This document shows positions 41,885 to 45,789 of a stretch of DNA of 45,789 nucleotides, one piece after another; positions within the stretch are counted from its first letter, which is position 1; every line of letters begins with the position of its first letter. The translations under genes were made by a program, and so were the position numbers. The notes under the pieces were generated by a model. The model was not told the origin of the DNA, made no database searches, and was given only the letters and a program-made list of their open reading frames with translations. The stretch is taken from the NCBI GenBank assembly GCA_017454215.1, contig JAFTDL010000352.1:1-45789 (forward strand). Reading direction: 5' to 3'. Source of the stretch: Lentisphaeria bacterium (lineage in GTDB: Bacteria; Verrucomicrobiota; Lentisphaeria; Victivallales; Victivallaceae).

Positions 41885-43093
41885 TCAGTAGCGGTAGGAC
41901 TCCAGTTTGGAGTACATGAAACTGCGGACGAGGCGGCCGCGGGGAAGGAGGCCTTCGCGGCCGGGTTCGACGGCGTTGATGAAGATCGTGCGGTCCACCC
42001 GGCCCTTGGGCAGCATGGTGTAGGTGGCCGCCGCGCCGAAGAAGTTGTGGATGCTCATCCAGTTTTTCTCGAATTCCTCCGGTGTTCTGGCGTTGTTGAG
42101 TCCGATGGCCAGCAGTTTCGTCGCATCGTAGGTCATGGTCTCGTCGTTGCCGGGATCGTGGTAGAACTTCTGCCTGAAGCCCGCGCGGAAGTCTTTGAAC
42201 TCCTCGGTGGGATTTTCGGGAGAGAAGTACGAGACGTAGAGGCAGTCGCCGATATTGTTCAGGTTCTTGAGCCCTTCGAAGAGTCCGGGGTCGTCCCATG
42301 AATCCAGTCCGCAGATGGTTCCGGCGTAGCCCTCTTTGCGGAGGGCGCGGATGACTGCCGCGGCCCGGGGACCGCGGGCGGAAACCACGATGGCCTGAGG
42401 TCCGGTGATGAGGGCGGCCTTGAGGGCGGCGGAGAAATCGTCTCCGCGGTATTCGGGCATGATGGTGATGTTGCCGCCCAGTTCGCGGAAGGCCCGGGCG
42501 GCGGCTCCGGCGGTGTTGCGTTCGTAGACCGAGCCCGGATCGGTGTCGATCAGCACGCTGATGCGGACGAGCTGACGCCAGTACCACAGGTAGGCGGCGA
42601 GGGCTTCGCCCTGCTGCTTGTCGGTGAAGGCGTTGCGTTTCATGTAGAGGCTGGAGCCGACCGTGGCGTCCGAGGTGGCCATGGAGATGACGGTGGGGAT
42701 GCGGCACCGGGCGGCGATGGGCGAAACGGCTTCGGCCTCGTTGGTGTTGTGTCCGGTGACGATGCCGTTGGCGCCTGCGGCGACGGCGGCTTCGAAGGCC
42801 TCGGCGGCGCCGCGGGAGTCGCTGCCGGTGTCGAAAGGCAGCACTTTGACCCGGCGGCGGCTGATGCCGCGGCGGTTGTTGAGTTCCTCTTCGGCGAACT
42901 TTATGCCGTTGAGCATGCGTCTGCCGTGGGACTGGTATTTGCCGGTGAGGGGCAGCACGGCGCCGATGATGACGGGACCGTCGAGCCGCCGGCTGTTGCC
43001 GAGCATTTCTTCTTCACTTGCGCATCCGGGGAGCAGGGCGCAGCAGACGCCCGCGGCCAGAATGAGCGCGGCCGGTCTCAGGGATATTTTCAT
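41885..43093 (-). CDS. Lipoprotein of the type-1 periplasmic binding protein fold (LivJ/Peripla_BP_6-like)
   Basis: MKISLRPAALILAAGVCCALLPGC (lipobox LPGC). IIGAVLPLTGKYQSHGRRMLNGIKFAEEELN is the typical N-terminus of branched-chain amino-acid-type binding proteins. The start lies 3 nt after the lpxA stop. No ABC permease or ATPase gene is adjacent. Confidence 0.75.
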   Translation of the reverse strand: MKISLRPAALILAAGVCCALLPGCASEEEMLGNSRRLDGPVIIGAVLPLTGKYQSHGRRMLNGIKFAEEELNNRRGISRRRVKVLPFDTGSDSRGAAEAFEAAVAAGANGIVTGHNTNEAEAVSPIAARCRIPTVISMATSDATVGSSLYMKRNAFTDKQQGEALAAYLWYWRQLVRISVLIDTDPGSVYERNTAGAAARAFRELGGNITIMPEYRGDDFSAALKAALITGPQAIVVSARGPRAAAVIRALRKEGYAGTICGLDSWDDPGLFEGLKNLNNIGDCLYVSYFSPENPTEEFKDFRAGFRQKFYHDPGNDETMTYDATKLLAIGLNNARTPEEFEKNWMSIHNFFGAAATYTMLPKGRVDRTIFINAVEPGREGLLPRGRLVRSFMYSKLESYRY

Positions 43094-43096
43094 TCC

Positions 43097-43915
43097 TCAC
43101 TCCTCTTCATCGGCGGCTGAGCCGATGGATTTCAGTTTGGGGTCTCCGGGCATGATGCCCCGTTCGGTGGCACGGATGAATTCGGCGAAGTGGCCGATAT
43201 CCGGATTGTCGGGATTTTCCGCGAGGATCTCCTCGAGGGCGTTGGCGGAGTTGAGTCCGCGGAAAAAAAAGGTCTTCACGGCCTTGCGGATGGCGAAGCG
43301 CCGGGCGTTGTCGAACCCGGCCCGGCGCAGACCGACCACGTTGGGACCGCAGATGCATTCGTTTTCGGCCAGCATGCAGTAGGGCGGGATGTCCTGCCGG
43401 ATGATGGTGCGGCCGCCGACCATGGCCAGCGCGCCGATGCGGCAGAACTGATGGACCAGCACGTAACCCGAGATCACCGCGCCGTCCTCGACGATGACGT
43501 GTCCCGAGAACGCCGTCTGGTTGGCCGCGGTGACCCGGCTGCCGATGCGGGCGTCGTGACCCACGTGAACGAAGGCCATGAGCAGCGTGTCGTCACCCAC
43601 CGAGGTGAGCCTGCCCGCAAAGGGCGAGCGGTGGATCGTCACGTATTCCCGGATCGTGGTGCGCTTGCCGATGACGGTGGGGGCGAAGGTGTCCGGCACG
43701 AAGCGGTGATCCTGCGGATCGTCGCCCACCAGGGCGCCGAAATAGATCCGGCTCCCTTCGCCGACGGTGGTCCAGCGGCCGATCTTGACGTGGGAGTCGA
43801 TCCAGCAGCCGTCTCCGATGACGCAGTCCGGTTCGATCACGCTGTACGGGCCGATATGGACGTCTTTGCCGATCTTGACGCCGGGCGCGATGACGGCTGT
43901 GGGATGGATGTCCAT
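43097..43915 (-). CDS. lpxA: Acyl-ACP--UDP-N-acetylglucosamine O-acyltransferase
   Basis: ORF 43097..44677 trimmed to ATG 43915 (MDIHPTAVIAPGVKIGKDVHIGPYSVIEPDCVIGDGCWI). It has left-handed beta-helix hexapeptide repeats, a GHDARIG motif, and the C-terminal helical domain NVVGLRRAGF. Confidence 0.9.
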   Translation of the reverse strand: MDIHPTAVIAPGVKIGKDVHIGPYSVIEPDCVIGDGCWIDSHVKIGRWTTVGEGSRIYFGALVGDDPQDHRFVPDTFAPTVIGKRTTIREYVTIHRSPFAGRLTSVGDDTLLMAFVHVGHDARIGSRVTAANQTAFSGHVIVEDGAVISGYVLVHQFCRIGALAMVGGRTIIRQDIPPYCMLAENECICGPNVVGLRRAGFDNARRFAIRKAVKTFFFRGLNSANALEEILAENPDNPDIGHFAEFIRATERGIMPGDPKLKSIGSAADEEE

Positions 43916-43929
43916 GGTCTGTGCGCCTT

Positions 43930-44646
43930 TCACGAGACGATGGTACCGCGCGAAGTGTCGCCGCACAGCACGCCTTCCAGCGCGCCGGGTTCGGCGAAGT
44001 TGAAGACGACGATGGGCAGACCGTTGTCGCGGCACAGCGAAAACGCCGCCGCGTCCATGACTTTGAGGTCCAGTTCCAGGGCGCGGTCGAACGAGAGTTC
44101 GTCGAATTTCACCGCGTCGGGATTTTTGCGCGGATCGTCGGAGTAGACCCCGTCCACCTTGGTCGCCTTGAGGACCGCGTCGCATTCGGTCTCGATGGCC
44201 CGGAGCGCGGCGGCGGTGTCGGTGGTGAAATAGGGATTTCCGGTGCCGCCGGCGAAAATGACCAGCTGGCCCGCGGCCAGTGCTTTGCGGGCGGTCTCGC
44301 AGTCGTAGCGGGGCATGACGCCCTCGACGCCGAAGGCGCTCTGGATCAGCGTGGCCACCCCGGCCATGCGGAAGTGTTCCTGAAGGGCGATGGCGTTCAT
44401 CATCGTGGCGAGCATGCCCATGTGGTCGGCTCTGACCCGGTCCATGCCGCCGCTGCTGCCGGCGAGGCCGCGCCACAGGTTGCCCGCGCCCACGACGAGG
44501 GCGATCTCCACGCCCTGATCGTGTACGGCGCCGATGCGCTTGACGATGGCGCTGATGGCTTCGGACTGGTATCCGTGCTCCTGATCCCCCTTGAGGGCTT
44601 CGCCGCTGAGCTTGAGCAGCACGCGATTGTAACGGAATCGGCTCAT
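43930..44646 (-). CDS. pyrH: UMP kinase
   Basis: ATG 44646 (MSRFRYNRVLLKLSGEAL) with an AAGGGAG Shine-Dalgarno. VVGAGNLWRG, FAGGTGNPYFTTDTAAALRA, KATKVDGVYSDDP. Confidence 0.92.
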   Translation of the reverse strand: MSRFRYNRVLLKLSGEALKGDQEHGYQSEAISAIVKRIGAVHDQGVEIALVVGAGNLWRGLAGSSGGMDRVRADHMGMLATMMNAIALQEHFRMAGVATLIQSAFGVEGVMPRYDCETARKALAAGQLVIFAGGTGNPYFTTDTAAALRAIETECDAVLKATKVDGVYSDDPRKNPDAVKFDELSFDRALELDLKVMDAAAFSLCRDNGLPIVVFNFAEPGALEGVLCGDTSRGTIVS

Positions 44647-44708
44647 TTTCACTCCCTTTTTCAAGAATAACGGTCAAAAACCGCGAATGCGTTCCTCTTT
44701 CCGGAGAG

Positions 44709-44737
44709 AATATAGCACGTCAAAGGCTTTTTGGCAA
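44709..44737 (-). promoter_or_regulatory. Sigma70-like promoter of the pyrH-lpxA-binding-protein operon
   Basis: Minus strand: TTGCCA (44737-44732), 17-nt spacer, TATATT (44714-44709). Confidence 0.5.
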
Positions 44738-44749
44738 CAGTATTCCGGA

Positions 44750-44793
44750 TAAAAATCCGCCGGCCCTCCCGTTCGCGGCGGGAAAGACCGGCG
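44750..44793 (-). terminator. Intrinsic terminator after the His/Pro-rich protein gene
   Basis: Minus strand: CGCCGGTCTTTCCCG-ccgcgaa-CGGGAGGGCCGGCG followed by GATTTTTAT. The stem is GC-rich with an outer CGCCGG/CCGGCG and an inner TCCCG/CGGGA pairing. Confidence 0.55.
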
Positions 44794-44814
44794 TTTTCGG
44801 CAGGATCGGAGCCG

Positions 44815-45225
44815 TCACCATCTGGGGCCGTGGTGATGATGACGCGGCGGAGGCGGCGGCGCGGGCCGGTAGACCACCGGACGGGGCGCGGGCCGGTAGA
44901 CCACCGGCGCCGGATAGACCGCGGGCGCCGTTTCGTAGACCACGGGCGCCGGAGCCGGAGCCACCACCACCGGAGCCGGGGCCGGCTGGACCACCACGGG
45001 CGCCGTCACCACGGGACGCTCGACCACCACCGCCGGACGGGGATTGGTCACCGCGCCGAGAGTGTAGATGGAGGCTCCCACCAGTCCCACGATGTCGCTG
45101 GCCAGCCGCACGCCGCTGCTGCCCCCGTGGTGATGATGACCGCCCCCGTGTTTCGGCGGCGGGGGACCCGCCATCACTGCCCCTGCCGCAAGAACCGTGA
45201 CGCACATAAACAGAATCTTTTTCAT
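44815..45225 (-). CDS. Small secreted His- and Pro-rich repeat protein (hypothetical)
   Basis: ATG 45225 (MKKILFMCVTVLAAGAVMA signal peptide) with GGGAGG 11 nt upstream. Mature part: GPPPPKHGGGHHHHGG, a hydrophobic stretch LASDIVGLVGASIYTLGAV, then PVV-rich repeats (PVVTAPVVVQPAPAPVVVAPAPAPVVYETAPAVYPAPVVYRPAPRPVVYRPAPPPPP) ending in RHHHHGPRW. The low complexity lowers my confidence that it is translated. Confidence 0.55.
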   Translation of the reverse strand: MKKILFMCVTVLAAGAVMAGPPPPKHGGGHHHHGGSSGVRLASDIVGLVGASIYTLGAVTNPRPAVVVERPVVTAPVVVQPAPAPVVVAPAPAPVVYETAPAVYPAPVVYRPAPRPVVYRPAPPPPPRHHHHGPRW

Positions 45226-45345
45226 TATCACTTGACCTCCCAAGTTGGTTTGACGTTTCTGTCCGGCCCCCCGCGGCCGGATCGTTCTACCCCTATAACG
45301 CGAAAAACAGTTAGGATATTTTAACTATTTTTCAAAAAAACGAAT

Positions 45346-45789
45346 TTATTTCGACAACTGGGTCCGGCAGTAGGCGGCCCTGACCACGTCCCTTTCTGCA
45401 GACGAGAGGTTTCTGCCCGCGTTTTTCTGGAGATGCGCCGGGTGGATGGTGAGGAACATTTCGTTGACCCGGTGGATATCCACGTTGTTGAAGAGTCCCA
45501 TATCGACGCCCATGCGCAGGCCCGAAAGGCAGTTGAGCGCCTCCTTGCTCGAGAGTTTGTAGCTGTGACGCAGGATGCCGTAGGAGCGGCCCACGTGGTC
45601 GAGAAGAGAGGCCTGATCGCGTTCGAGAAGCTGGAGCCGGGCGGCTTTTTCGTGGGTGATGAGCTGACGGATGACCTGCGTCAGGTTTTCGACGATCCCG
45701 GACTCCGTTTCGCCCAGAGTCACCTGATTGGAGACCTGAAAGAGATTGCCCTGATTGTCGGAGCCTTCGCCGAAGATGCCGCGTACGGC
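45346..45789 (-). CDS. mcsB: Protein arginine kinase McsB (ATP:guanido phosphotransferase), N-terminus outside the window
   Basis: The reverse frame is open to the window end. AVRGIFGEGSDNQGNLFQVSNQVTLGETESGIVENLTQVIRQLITHEKAARLQL...LSGLRMGVDMGL matches the C-terminal catalytic and dimerisation region of McsB (RGIYGEGSE..GNIFQISNQ.TLG in Bacillus). Confidence 0.85.
   Translation of the reverse strand, partial: AVRGIFGEGSDNQGNLFQVSNQVTLGETESGIVENLTQVIRQLITHEKAARLQLLERDQASLLDHVGRSYGILRHSYKLSSKEALNCLSGLRMGVDMGLFNNVDIHRVNEMFLTIHPAHLQKNAGRNLSSAERDVVRAAYCRTQLSK

Noticed and set aside
41504-42707. ORFs 41583..41792 (+), 41504..41821 (-) and 41742..42707 (-).
   Set aside because: The first two lie in the palindromic-repeat and hairpin region and have repeat-derived Gly/Pro-rich sequence. 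The third is an alternative frame of the binding-protein gene.
43916-44677. N-terminal half of the 526-aa ORF 43097..44677.
   Set aside because: It is an out-of-frame overlap with pyrH and is Arg/Gly/His-rich. LpxA homology begins at MDIHPTAVI (ATG 43915).
44720-45324. Alternative ORFs 44720..45205 (-) and 44731..45324 (+) over the His/Pro-rich gene. I also briefly considered whether the repeats here are a non-coding tandem or CRISPR-like array.
   Set aside because: The repeats are short, imperfect and lack spacers, so they are not CRISPR-like. Only the 44815-45225 frame has a Shine-Dalgarno, a signal peptide and a downstream terminator. The other frames are Arg/Gly-rich.
1-45789. Search for tRNA, rRNA, CRISPR arrays, integrases or transposases and toxin-antitoxin pairs.
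   Set aside because: I found no T-loop-like GGTTCGAATCC-type sequences, no rRNA-like stretches and no regularly spaced direct repeats. No ORF has recombinase or transposase motifs. Visual scanning is not exhaustive.

Overview
GC-rich bacterial chromosomal segment. I saw no rRNA, tRNA, CRISPR array, transposase or integrase. Gene content suggests a PVC-superphylum organism (Lentisphaerota, Kiritimatiellota or Planctomycetota-like); this is inferred from gene families only.

Main content:
- Three cassettes pair a DUF1559/HX9DG pseudopilin-like protein ([17 protein letters not shown]-terminus) with very large CBM-bearing glycoside-hydrolase-like proteins and a local regulator. They lie at <1-5109, 8270-12687 and 30567-38169.
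- Two sugar-catabolic modules. One is a Gfo/Idh/MocA oxidoreductase plus two xylose-isomerase-like TIM-barrel proteins plus AraC (12849-16687). The other is a Zn-dehydrogenase plus class II aldolase plus DeoR (38239-41525).
- Esterases: one SGNH hydrolase and one alpha/beta hydrolase.
- Housekeeping genes: rsmA, ybaK, recJ, lpxA, pyrH and a partial mcsB.

The most unusual feature is a tightly coupled plus-strand operon at about 19.7-27.6 kb. It encodes a LysM lipoprotein, a GspE/PilB-type ATPase with a two-helix membrane anchor, a small 4-TM protein, a tandem PilT-PilT fusion whose N-terminal half has lost catalytic residues, CpaB, and an FHA-CpaF fusion. It contains no platform protein, secretin, prepilin peptidase or pilin gene.

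Other notable items:
- A low-GC islet (about 5.2-6.7 kb) holds a 5-prime-truncated DUF1016/YhcG nuclease gene and a T5orf172 gene fragment.
- A 46-bp bipartite TTTGCAAA-N19-TTTGCAAA promoter element is shared by two loci.
- A TCGAAA-N7-TTTCGA operator candidate occurs twice in the DeoR locus.
- A family of long imperfect palindromic intergenic repeats sits at convergent gene junctions.
- A small secreted His/Pro-rich repeat protein is encoded at 44815-45225.

All family assignments come from motif recognition by eye. No database search was run.
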